A stretch of DNA of 64,000 bases from Opitutales bacterium (lineage in GTDB: Bacteria; Verrucomicrobiota; Verrucomicrobiia; Opitutales; UBA2987). The position numbers and the translations under genes are program-made. Shown in pieces: positions 1 through 8,259 of the stretch. A model generated the notes under the pieces. It searched no databases. It was given only the letters and a program-made list of their open reading frames with translations, and was not told the origin of the DNA. The stretch is taken from assembly GCA_021772515.1 (NCBI GenBank), contig JAJFLU010000048.1:73224-137223 (forward strand). Direction: 5' to 3'. Position 1 is the first letter of the stretch, and each line of letters opens with the position of its first letter.

Positions 1-352
1 TCGCGATAGAATACTTTACTAGCATGAATTGAGGCATCTTCACCAAACTGCGAGAGGATTTGATTTTCTAGCTTGTCTCGATCAAACACCAAACAGACTC
101 CCGTATGATTTTCCCCATACTGAGCCCACATCCTCGGCAGAGAATATCCACGAAGAAGAATATCCTTTGTTTGATCACCTGTGAGAGGGCCAATATCACA
201 CGAGAAACATGCAAGCTTCGTTCGTGCTTTCAATTCATAAGAAAGCTCTTTTGAAATCTCATCTAATCCCGAGGGGCCTTTTCTTTTTTCCTCTCCGAGG
301 CAAAGGCTGAATTCCCATTCTCGTGATTCTTTCGGATCGTTTGTTCGATCAA
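1..352 (-). CDS. DUF2971-like protein, N-terminal part only (gene runs off the left edge)
   Basis: Hand translation of the minus strand from TTG (350-352; in-frame TGA upstream at 365-367) gives ...ACFSCDIGPLTGDQTKDILLRGYSLPRMWAQYGENHTGVCLVFDRDKLENQILSQFGEDASIHASKVFYR. The 'MWaqYgenHtGVCLvF' core resembles the conserved DUF2971 motif. Absent from the ORF track because it is open at the edge. Start codon uncertain. Confidence 0.5.
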
Positions 353-506
353 ACCTCCCGAGTTTCAAAGTGCAGGAGGATAAAATCTTTTCTTTGGCAA
401 TTTCCGCTGAGGTATAATGATAAAGCAATGCGTCGGGATTTTTGTGGCCAAGTATCATCCTATTGCCTACACTATTTTCTCAGGTTGCATCTATCACATT
501 AAGCGA

Positions 507-1307
507 TCAGAATACTGTTTTAATGACCTTAGTAACACCTCGGATCAGATCAGTTACATTGCCTTTTGTCGGTTCGCGCTCCTTACTATGGTCGCATAGA
601 TTCCGAAGATCCCCAAGGTGTTGATTGAATCGCCAATTGGCGGTATCGATCACATTGTTGTCTTTGAGAAGCTGGTTAAAGTCTCCAATCGTCGGATGCT
701 TTTTTCTCAGCTTCAAGCCATGAGTCTCGCTGACGTGCCTAAGGTGCTTCTCCAATACGACGCCAGCGATAGCCCCTGCACCTCGCAAAAAACCGCGCTT
801 GCAGAGTTCCGTCGCCTTATCGAGTTCAGAGTCAAAGAGGTCGGCTTGCACAAGGAGTCGAATGTCAAACAGTGTGCTTTCAAAGCGGGTCTCAACCGAC
901 CGCAAGATGTCCAGTTGTGTTCGGAACCTCATCGAGACGATGGCAAAATCATCATAGTATTTCCCACTAGTGAGCGGGTTTATCACAGTCCGGATACCGT
1001 TTAACCAATCTTGGATATTGAAAGTGTCGCTGTTGATTTCCTTTCGTTTTACATCGCCTTTGTAAAGGTGTTCAAATTCCGAAAGACGATCAGGTATCAA
1101 CTGTCGGATTACGGCACAAGACTCAGTATACCAGCTCTGGTAATGGCTTTCAAAGGCACCTTCTATCTCCTTCGCCGTGGATTCGTGCTTTTGGTCGAGT
1201 GCACCGATTTCCTTGAGACGGCGACACCCCAAGTCTGTATTCATACCTTTACCAAGTTCGACGAGCTCTTCAAGGTCGGATTTATACTTGTCAAGATTGC
1301 TGGTCAT
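507..1307 (-). CDS. HEPN-type (DUF4145-like C-terminal domain) protein with helical N-terminal half
   Basis: 266-aa ORF. The C-terminal ~90 aa (GAGAIAGVVLEKHLRHV...HLGDLRNLCDHSKE...) has the helical layout of DUF4145/HEPN and an Rx4H motif, RNLCDH, encoded at nt 588-605. Lies 27 nt downstream of the DUF4145 gene on the same strand. Confidence 0.6.
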   Translation of the reverse strand: MTSNLDKYKSDLEELVELGKGMNTDLGCRRLKEIGALDQKHESTAKEIEGAFESHYQSWYTESCAVIRQLIPDRLSEFEHLYKGDVKRKEINSDTFNIQDWLNGIRTVINPLTSGKYYDDFAIVSMRFRTQLDILRSVETRFESTLFDIRLLVQADLFDSELDKATELCKRGFLRGAGAIAGVVLEKHLRHVSETHGLKLRKKHPTIGDFNQLLKDNNVIDTANWRFNQHLGDLRNLCDHSKEREPTKGNVTDLIRGVTKVIKTVF

Positions 1308-1334
1308 TGTTTTGCCGCTAAATGTAAATTTCGG

Positions 1335-2021
1335 CTATTCGTCCCCGCTCAGAACGTTTTCGAGTTTTTCTATCTCCCTCGGTAATACATAAAGGTAGGA
1401 CAATAAATATTGGAGTAATTCCACCATTGACCTGGCCATGTCTTCGTTTGGTTCCTTATCCAAGTCAAAATGCGCACCCAGGTTGCCGCCCTGCCGGATA
1501 GCATGAGACAAGCTTGACAAGGGCTTTGAAAAATTTACGGAATTTATAGCCTCTTCGATTGCTTTGGCCAAACCAATTTTCCGATTTCCCTCTGGTAGCA
1601 GATATTTGAACATACCTTCCAATGTTCGCCTGCAGCAAACTGCGGTGGATGAATAGTTCTTCGAGTTGTAAGCATCTATTGTCGAACGGTATGATCGCAC
1701 AAGTTGTTCAGGAACTTCATCATCAAAAGTTAATTCGTCTATTCGATTTTTTGGAATCGGATACATAAACACTTTTCCGTGTTCAGTAGAATTTGAAAGC
1801 CCTCCTTTTGGCTCTACGGTCCAAAAGTGAACCATTTTGGAGCAACCAGAGCAAGAGGCTGTTGAAGAGAAGACGTTTCGTGGTTGGTCATATTGGTGGC
1901 TTTTAAGTTTGAATAATCCCCTCTCATTGCACCAAGGGCAATTAGTGGACACCACATCTGCACCCTCGATCTGACCTTGGGTAAACCAATGCTTTATTTC
2001 AGTAATTGGGATTTCCTTCAT
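1335..2021 (-). CDS. Zinc-ribbon + DUF4145 (HEPN-related) domain protein
   Basis: 228-aa ORF. N-terminal CPWC...CSGC zinc-ribbon pattern. The C-terminal region VPEQLVRSYRSTIDAY...AVCCRRTLEGMFKYL...IRQGGNLGAHFD (nt 1470-1496 encode RQGGNLGAH) matches the DUF4145 pattern 'R..GN.gaH'. Confidence 0.7.
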   Translation of the reverse strand: MKEIPITEIKHWFTQGQIEGADVVSTNCPWCNERGLFKLKSHQYDQPRNVFSSTASCSGCSKMVHFWTVEPKGGLSNSTEHGKVFMYPIPKNRIDELTFDDEVPEQLVRSYRSTIDAYNSKNYSSTAVCCRRTLEGMFKYLLPEGNRKIGLAKAIEEAINSVNFSKPLSSLSHAIRQGGNLGAHFDLDKEPNEDMARSMVELLQYLLSYLYVLPREIEKLENVLSGDE

Positions 2022-2074
2022 TCTCTCAAAAATTCAAGGATGATCGAGTGGACTGCGCATGGACCATTCAGAGG

Positions 2075-2170
2075 CGGTGCGGGGGTTTTGCATGGGGGGT
2101 GCAGGGTTGATGCGGTGTTGGGGTGTTTTATCGGATCGGGGTCGGCGTCGGCACCGGTGTTGCGGGGCAT
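2075..2170 (+). repeat. G-tract-rich segment (six runs of G3-G6 on the + strand) in an ORF-poor spacer
   Basis: G runs at about 2081-2085, 2094-2099, 2104-2106, 2120-2123, 2138-2141 and 2164-2167. No credible ORF. Confidence 0.4.
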
Positions 2171-2531
2171 TCGGTTTACCTGTGAAATGGGATAATGCTG
2201 GCAAAGAAGGCGTTATTCAAGTGGAAAAGCATTGCCCCCTGAAGCCCGCAAACAGTTTAAGAAAATAATCACCAGGCTAAAACGTCTTTTTACGCGGATA
2301 TTGGCCTGTAGCGAGAGGGTGTTGGACTCGATGTGGCATATATCGGGGCGTTGAGGTTCTTTGGCTGAGTAAGGCCGTAATGCCTTTGGGATGGGCGGGG
2401 GCTTATTGATTTCTTGATGTTTGTGGAATTTTATGTTAGGGGTGATGGTCTTCATTTTTTGAACCGGTTGGTTCGAGCCTCATAACCTTGGTAAGTGTGT
2501 CGCTCATTAATCACACAAACAGGAGATACTC

Positions 2532-3254
2532 ATGTCCGAAGAAATGCTTCCAGAATCGTCTTCAGATTCCCTTATAAATCGTTACCGGGCGGCGCAGAAG
2601 AGGCGCAATCGCGCCCGTGGCACCGTTGGCCTGATCTCACTCCTCATTATAGCGGTCTATATTTCGCTGATGTGGCTGACTTTCTCAGATTTCAGGTATA
2701 ACCGGCTACCGGAGTTCGGCGCAGAACTGAGCGCCGAAGCGGCCGAATTTATGCCTGGGTTGGCGGAGGAGGCCAGCCAAATGACAGAGCGGCTGGTTCC
2801 GTTTTACATCAATACCTTTGCCGCCTCATTCAGCGGAAAGGAGGCCGAGTTCAGAGAGGTGATATCACTGGAGTTCAAGGAATTGGAAACAAATGCCCAG
2901 AGAAGTTGGGGCAAAATCGAGGAGGCAAATGCGCAACTCGCAATCGATCAGGAGGAGGCCATGTTTCAGGCTTTGAGCGAATTTATAACGGATGAGGATA
3001 TCGCCAAAATCAGCGAAGCCTACCGTAAGGCTCTGGACGAAAATCTCGAAAGTATTTTTAGCCAATATCTGTCGGAACACATCCTGGTGGGAGAGAGAAT
3101 TCTCACCAATTTGGAGGAAATTTCCACTATCGAAACCGGCGTGCCCTCCGACAATACCCAATACATTCTCGGTATGCTGATGGAGCTCCTCGGCCTTCAA
3201 ATGCAGGAGGGAAGCGGAGATAGTTATTATTCCTCCAACAACAGCAGCATCTAG
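2532..3254 (+). CDS. Hypothetical membrane-anchored, acidic helical protein (paralogue A)
   Basis: 240-aa ORF with AGGAGA SD 6-7 nt upstream. One N-terminal TM (GLISLLIIAVYISLMWLTF), then a Glu/Ala-rich helical region. Same architecture as the next gene (shared 'ISLEFKELE' / 'ISLEFQRMI'). Confidence 0.6.
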   Translation: MSEEMLPESSSDSLINRYRAAQKRRNRARGTVGLISLLIIAVYISLMWLTFSDFRYNRLPEFGAELSAEAAEFMPGLAEEASQMTERLVPFYINTFAASFSGKEAEFREVISLEFKELETNAQRSWGKIEEANAQLAIDQEEAMFQALSEFITDEDIAKISEAYRKALDENLESIFSQYLSEHILVGERILTNLEEISTIETGVPSDNTQYILGMLMELLGLQMQEGSGDSYYSSNNSSI

Positions 3255-3318
3255 TAGTTAACCGCTGTCGGATTATCAAACAAATCGATTAAATTTTCAG
3301 AGACAAGGAAACAACATT

Positions 3319-4035
3319 ATGACGAACGAAAACAAAAAAAATCCCGAGAATCTGGCCGAATTTCTCGAACAGGAAATCGAATCCCTCCACAGGGCCACCC
3401 GGCGGACATGGATTGTTGGAGCGGTCATGGGGCTCATCCTCACCGGCTACCTTTACCTCCCGCTTTCCATGATAAAATTTTTCCTCAATCCCCAAAACGC
3501 GGCCCTCATGATTTCTACCCAAGTACAGGAAAATGCCCCCGAGTTCCTGTTTCAAACCGAGCAGGCTCTCCGCAAAAAAGCGCCATTATTGGCCGATGAA
3601 ATGAACACCACCTTCCTCGCCGCAATCCCCAAAATCCGCGTCAAGGCACAGGAGCAAATCGCCTCGGTCCACCGGGACATGATACCTTTCATCAGTCTGG
3701 AATTCCAACGCATGATCGGCGAATATGTCGAAGAAAACTCGGGAGTCCTCGCTGAACTTGCGGAAGAAAAGGACATCGATGCTTTTGCCAGCCGGTTTAC
3801 TGCCGAATTGGTGGAACAACTCGCTGCCCGACTCAACGACACCCTCGAGGAAGAATACGGCGGGCGTAATTTGAAATTTGTGAACGAAAACCTGCTCACC
3901 TCCATCCAGACCATGGACGAACACCTGACTCACCTGTTGGATGAGGATTCGGCCAATCTCGACCGTCGTGAATTCCTCCAAAAACAAATTCTGGCCTTGA
4001 TCACCCGCCGACTAATCGAAGGCGTAAAAGACTGA
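3319..4035 (+). CDS. Hypothetical membrane-anchored, acidic helical protein (paralogue B)
   Basis: 238-aa ORF. N-terminal TM (WIVGAVMGLILTGYLYLPL), then a long acidic helical region. Same size and layout as the 2532-3254 product. Confidence 0.6.
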   Translation: MTNENKKNPENLAEFLEQEIESLHRATRRTWIVGAVMGLILTGYLYLPLSMIKFFLNPQNAALMISTQVQENAPEFLFQTEQALRKKAPLLADEMNTTFLAAIPKIRVKAQEQIASVHRDMIPFISLEFQRMIGEYVEENSGVLAELAEEKDIDAFASRFTAELVEQLAARLNDTLEEEYGGRNLKFVNENLLTSIQTMDEHLTHLLDEDSANLDRREFLQKQILALITRRLIEGVKD

Positions 4036-4071
4036 TGGATTCTAAGGTAGTTGGTAAACTCCGACTAATGT

Positions 4072-5436
4072 TCACGGATCGGCTTGAGTATTTTGCGAGA
4101 TCGAGCCCTCCTGACTAGTTTCTACCGAATACCAGTCAATTTTCCTCGTGATATACATTACTGTGCTCAAAACAACCAGGAGTCCGATACTACCCATGAG
4201 CAGCGCGTAATCTTCAAGCTGCAGAACGATGTATAGAAAAGAATAAAGAATTGTTAGCATGGAAAAAACGGAAACGGTAAACAACTTGTTTCTTATTATT
4301 CCGCTGGAATAACCAGTTATTAAAAGTGTGATTGCCGAGGCCGATAAAAGATACGCGTAATCAAAGCTAATATGCTCTGAAATCGAAAGCAGTAAAACGT
4401 AAAACAGGATGATAGCCAACCCGATCAGAAGATATTGAATCGGATGGATTTGCTTCTTTCCGATAATTTCGGAAACGAAAAAAGCAGAAAAGGTAAAAAC
4501 AATAAACATTAACGCATACTTGGATAATCGAATGGATTTCTGATAAACGTCCGCGGTAATAAGAAGTTTTAATCCAAAGGAGGATTCGTGAACTTTGTAC
4601 CGGCTTCCCTCCCAATATTGGGGGAAATTGCGGTTTAGGTGCAGAATCCTCCAAGTTGCCGAAAAACCGTTGGGTGAAATTTCTCTGGTAGTGGGAAGAA
4701 AAGCGCCACCGAAACTAGGAGACGGCCAATTGGACTCGATTTCAACATTCGTCTCTTCACCAACAGGAACAAATTGAATATCTTCGCTACCATTAACATT
4801 TAGCTGTAACGAAAACGAGTTGAAACTACTCGATGGGGAAAGTGGTATAACGCTACTAACTCCCGACGATGCAATGGCTTTCGTTTTCAGGCCCGGACTA
4901 ACCCCATACTTATTTTCATTAAACGTTATTTCAATATTATCCTGAATACCCCGCATGTCTGTGATTCCGATAGACAATACGGCCTTATCCCAAAAAATAT
5001 TTTCAGTATCAATGTCTGTTTGCTCTAATTGTGGTAATTTAAAATTCCCGGAAACAGTCATTTGGGCGTTATACAAGACGGTTTCGAAAATACTTCTATA
5101 TCTAACGTGAGGATTGATTATTCCAGATAAATTCAATTTTTCGGGAAGAAGGTGAAGGTATAGTATCTGAAATTTTATTTTATCGTTTTTGTCCTTATAG
5201 AATGATTTGTAGGGAATCGACAAAAACGGACCAGTAATGGTTTGGCTTTCACCCCATTTATGGATTATTTCCTGAACTACAGTATTACGCCTTGATTCCC
5301 TCTCATTCATCAACGAAGTAATCATGGATTTTGGAATTAGTAGCACTAAAACAAGTATCGCTATCGAGAGAATTTTAACCGTTACAGAATTTCGAATAAC
5401 ATCCCCAGTTACCTTAATATTAGATTTTTCTTCCAT
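4072..5436 (-). CDS. creD: CreD-like cell envelope integrity inner membrane protein
   Basis: 454 aa. N-terminal TM, large periplasmic domain starting ...ERESRRNTVVQEIIHKWGESQTITGPFLSIPYK, and a C-terminal bundle of ~5 TMs, which is the typical CreD architecture and N-terminal motif. Markedly AT-rich. Confidence 0.7.
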   Translation of the reverse strand: MEEKSNIKVTGDVIRNSVTVKILSIAILVLVLLIPKSMITSLMNERESRRNTVVQEIIHKWGESQTITGPFLSIPYKSFYKDKNDKIKFQILYLHLLPEKLNLSGIINPHVRYRSIFETVLYNAQMTVSGNFKLPQLEQTDIDTENIFWDKAVLSIGITDMRGIQDNIEITFNENKYGVSPGLKTKAIASSGVSSVIPLSPSSSFNSFSLQLNVNGSEDIQFVPVGEETNVEIESNWPSPSFGGAFLPTTREISPNGFSATWRILHLNRNFPQYWEGSRYKVHESSFGLKLLITADVYQKSIRLSKYALMFIVFTFSAFFVSEIIGKKQIHPIQYLLIGLAIILFYVLLLSISEHISFDYAYLLSASAITLLITGYSSGIIRNKLFTVSVFSMLTILYSFLYIVLQLEDYALLMGSIGLLVVLSTVMYITRKIDWYSVETSQEGSISQNTQADP

Positions 5437-5781
5437 TTTATTTTTAATCTCGGATTATCAGTATTTTGCAAAATGTAGCGTGATATTTTCAAGGATATTC
5501 GAAAATTTTTTGACCATAATCAAATAGTATCAAAAGGTTTAATTATTAAAATAGAGCGCCGGTCTACGTCACTTTTTATTCGCAGATTCCAACACAAAAC
5601 ATGTATCGCATCGTCCAGAGCAAATTTGTAATCCAAAAGAGGGGCGCAGACCCTCATCATGATTTTTGCGAAAACTTCGAAGAAAAGACATGAAGTCCAA
5701 GAATATCCGTTACCTTAGATTCTCTAATCCAAGAGGATCGAATTTAACAAAGAATATTCAAGATGTTCTCTGAAGAATAAT

Positions 5782-5858
5782 TGGTCGGGGCGACTGGATT
5801 TGAACCAGCGACCTCTGCGTCCCGAACGCAGCACTCTGCCAGGCTGAGCTACGCCCCG
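5782..5858 (-). tRNA. tRNA-Pro (anticodon CGG), CCA encoded
   Basis: The reverse complement CGGGGCGTAGCTCAGCCTGGCAGAGTGCTGCGTTCGGGACGCAGAGGTCGCTGGTTCAAATCCAGTCGCCCCGACCA folds by hand into a 77-nt cloverleaf: 7-bp acceptor, D arm GCTC/GAGT, anticodon stem CTGCG/CGCAG with loop TTCGGGA, T arm GCTGG-TTCAAAT-CCAGT. Confidence 0.92.
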
Positions 5859-5992
5859 TAACTCGTTGATTGTCGATAATTTATTGGGTTACCGATAAAT
5901 AATCTTCAAATAGGCAATACGAAATTGCTTACCCGGTCAAATCCTTTCAGTTCTTGGGAAATTGTTTAATTTTGCAGGAATCGTTGGTCATA

Positions 5993-6760
5993 TCACTTTT
6001 GGAGGCCGGTCAGCGCTTGTTTCTTCAATTCTCCCATCTGTGCCGCTGTTTGTTTGCGAGCCTCAGCGAGGCCCTCTGTGGTGGGTTTTCCGCTTTTCAG
6101 GTAGCCCAGCATCACCTCCTCGGCGGCCACAAAGCCTTCGCAGAGGTTTGCGACTGCGGTGGCGATTTCCAGTGGAATATTGGTTACTCCGTTACAATCT
6201 CCATGCAGCAGGTCTCCGGGATAGACGGTGAGGCCACCCACGTGCACGGGGATATTGAGGGAAAGAATGTGGCAATAGGCATGGGCGCAAATCGTCCCGC
6301 CGGTAAAGGCGGGGTAACCGAGGGCGCGGACTTGATCGAGATCGCGACCGGTGCCACTGGTGATAAGTCCTGCGGAACCGGCAACTTTATAGGCGGTGCA
6401 CATTATTTCCCCAAAGGTCGCGGCAACCGAGGGGTCGTCAATATCCTGAAAAACCACAATTGGCGGGCCGGGGATTTCGGAAAATGACTCGATTTGGCGA
6501 TCGAGGCCCGAGTAAACATCTCCTTCTTTGGGGGGCGCTGCGGAGCGAAAGGTGGCAGTGGCGGCAAACCCTACCATGGGCGGCATTTCTGGAAAACAGG
6601 ATTGAATCCTGCCGTCCATATAACCGGTATTTCGCGGCCTGAAATCGAATAACTCGATCACGTTGCAAATCGTTGGGGTATCGAATTTGCGAAGGAGGTC
6701 GAGAGTTTCTTGTGATATTGTTTCTTCAGTCATTGGAGAGAAGTTACCGTAGGAGACCAA
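5993..6760 (-). CDS. RraA-family protein (RraA / 4-hydroxy-4-methyl-2-oxoglutarate aldolase-like)
   Basis: 255 aa from TTG at 6760 (alternative ATG at 6733). Family-typical stretch: FDTPTICNVIE...GEIMCTAYKVAGSAGLITSGTGRDLDQV...GGLTVYPGDLLHGDCNGV. Divergent from the Rieske gene. Confidence 0.75.
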   Translation of the reverse strand: MVSYGNFSPMTEETISQETLDLLRKFDTPTICNVIELFDFRPRNTGYMDGRIQSCFPEMPPMVGFAATATFRSAAPPKEGDVYSGLDRQIESFSEIPGPPIVVFQDIDDPSVAATFGEIMCTAYKVAGSAGLITSGTGRDLDQVRALGYPAFTGGTICAHAYCHILSLNIPVHVGGLTVYPGDLLHGDCNGVTNIPLEIATAVANLCEGFVAAEEVMLGYLKSGKPTTEGLAEARKQTAAQMGELKKQALTGLQK

Positions 6761-6937
6761 AAAAGAAAAGGTGATTTCGAGCGAAAATTTCTCAATTTGA
6801 CGGGTGTATGCAAAGGATTTTCAAGGTTTAGAAGATTCTTGCAACATGCACGAGTGGTGAAAAAGATATAGGGCTGGACGGACCATTTCGGAAATCGCGC
6901 ACCCGGAAGGCCAATAAAATAAACATAGGAAAACTGA

Positions 6938-8251
6938 ATGCAGCTAGAAGAAAACGAACGACTTACAAGGATTGGACCCAAAACGCCGGCCGGTGAGTGG
7001 ATGCGCCGCTACTGGCAGCCTGCGGCCTTGGTGGACGAGCTGCCGGATGAACGTCCGATCAAGGAAGTGCGCTTATTGGGGGAGAATCTGGTAGTCTATC
7101 GGGATGATTTGGGGCGTTACGGATTGGTCGGGAAGCATTGCCCGCACCGAGGGGCGGACCTCAGTTTTGGCCGTCTGGAAGACTGCGGTTTGCGCTGCCC
7201 ATTTCACGGGTGGCTTTTCGGTATCGATGGAAAATGCCTGGAGCAACCGGCTGAACCTGCAGACAGTAATTACCACACGCATATTCATTTGACCTCCTAT
7301 CCCTGCGAGGTGCGCAACGGCATTGTTTTTGCCTATATGGGGCCGGAAACGCCCCCGGCTTTTCCCAACTTCGATTGTTTCGCGGCCCCCGATGAATTTA
7401 CTTTCGCCTTCAAGGGGTTCATCGATTGTAATTGGCTACAGGCGCTCGAAGTCGGCATCGACCCGGCCCACGCGTCGTTTCTGCATCGGTTTTTTGAAGA
7501 CGAGGATCCCGCCGAATCCTACGGAAAGCAGTTTCGGGACAAAGCCGCCGATACGGATATTCCCATGACGCGAGTGCTCAGGGAGCATTACTGCCCGGAG
7601 ATTCTGACCGAAACCACCGATTCCGGTATGCGACTCATCTCGTTGAGAAAAATCGATGATGAAAAAATGCACGTTCGGGTAACCAATCAGGTGTTTCCCC
7701 ACGGAATTGTCATCCCGATGAGCAATGAAATGACGATCACCCAATGGCATGTGCCGGTGGACGATTATCGCTGCTATTGGTATGCGATTTTCACCAGTTT
7801 TGGCGATCCCGTGGATAAAAACCAAATGCGCAAACAGCGGCTCGAACTTTATACCCTGCCCGATTACAAGCCCCGGGTAAATAAGTCCAACGACTACGGA
7901 TTCGAGGTGGAGGAGCAACAAACTGAGACCTATACGGGTATGGGAAAGGACATAAATGTCCACGACCAATGGGCGGTGGAGTCCCTCGGCGCAATTCAGG
8001 ACCGCACGCAGGAACATCTGGGAAAAACGGATGTGGCCATCGCTGCCTACCGAAACCTGCTGCGAAAAGCGATCAACGATGTCGAAGGCGGGCGGGCACC
8101 TCTCATGGTTGTTCCCGAAAACGAGGCGGCCAAAATTAAAGGCCCCGTGGCGATCGATGCCATTGGTCCCGCCGGTGAGTGGGAAGCCTGCTGGAAAGAG
8201 CGTGATATCGAGCGCCGCCGGAAATCGACCTGGGCAAAGGATCACATTTAA
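6938..8251 (+). CDS. Rieske [2Fe-2S] non-haem-iron aromatic-ring-hydroxylating oxygenase, alpha subunit type
   Basis: 437 aa. Rieske motif CPHRGADLS...CPFHGWLF. Mononuclear iron motif E-x3-D-x2-H-x4-H in LEVGIDPAHASFLH. Confidence 0.85.
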   Translation: MQLEENERLTRIGPKTPAGEWMRRYWQPAALVDELPDERPIKEVRLLGENLVVYRDDLGRYGLVGKHCPHRGADLSFGRLEDCGLRCPFHGWLFGIDGKCLEQPAEPADSNYHTHIHLTSYPCEVRNGIVFAYMGPETPPAFPNFDCFAAPDEFTFAFKGFIDCNWLQALEVGIDPAHASFLHRFFEDEDPAESYGKQFRDKAADTDIPMTRVLREHYCPEILTETTDSGMRLISLRKIDDEKMHVRVTNQVFPHGIVIPMSNEMTITQWHVPVDDYRCYWYAIFTSFGDPVDKNQMRKQRLELYTLPDYKPRVNKSNDYGFEVEEQQTETYTGMGKDINVHDQWAVESLGAIQDRTQEHLGKTDVAIAAYRNLLRKAINDVEGGRAPLMVVPENEAAKIKGPVAIDAIGPAGEWEACWKERDIERRRKSTWAKDHI

Positions 8252-8259
8252 AAAGCATT

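Noticed and set aside
2213-2455. 80-aa minus-strand ORF (and the 72- and 69-aa plus-strand ORFs) in the 2022-2531 spacer
   Set aside because: No SD and no recognisable motif. The composition is driven by the G/C-tract asymmetry of the spacer, so these are more likely non-coding.
2461-2492. GGTTCGAGCC, a T-loop-like sequence that might be a tRNA fragment or att-site remnant marking an island boundary
   Set aside because: No complementary T-stem or acceptor strand can be drawn around it. It also does not match the 3' end of the tRNA-Pro at 5782-5858.
7436-8245. Large antisense ORFs inside well-supported genes: 7436-8245(-), 5954-6487(+), 12008-12481(-), 43876-44469(-), 45736-46455(-), 50548-51240(-), 57986-58642(-), 61613-62485(-)
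   Set aside because: Each lies entirely within, and antisense or out of frame to, a gene with clear family motifs. Their translations are Arg/Pro/Gly-rich with low complexity, typical of shadow ORFs in GC-rich coding DNA.
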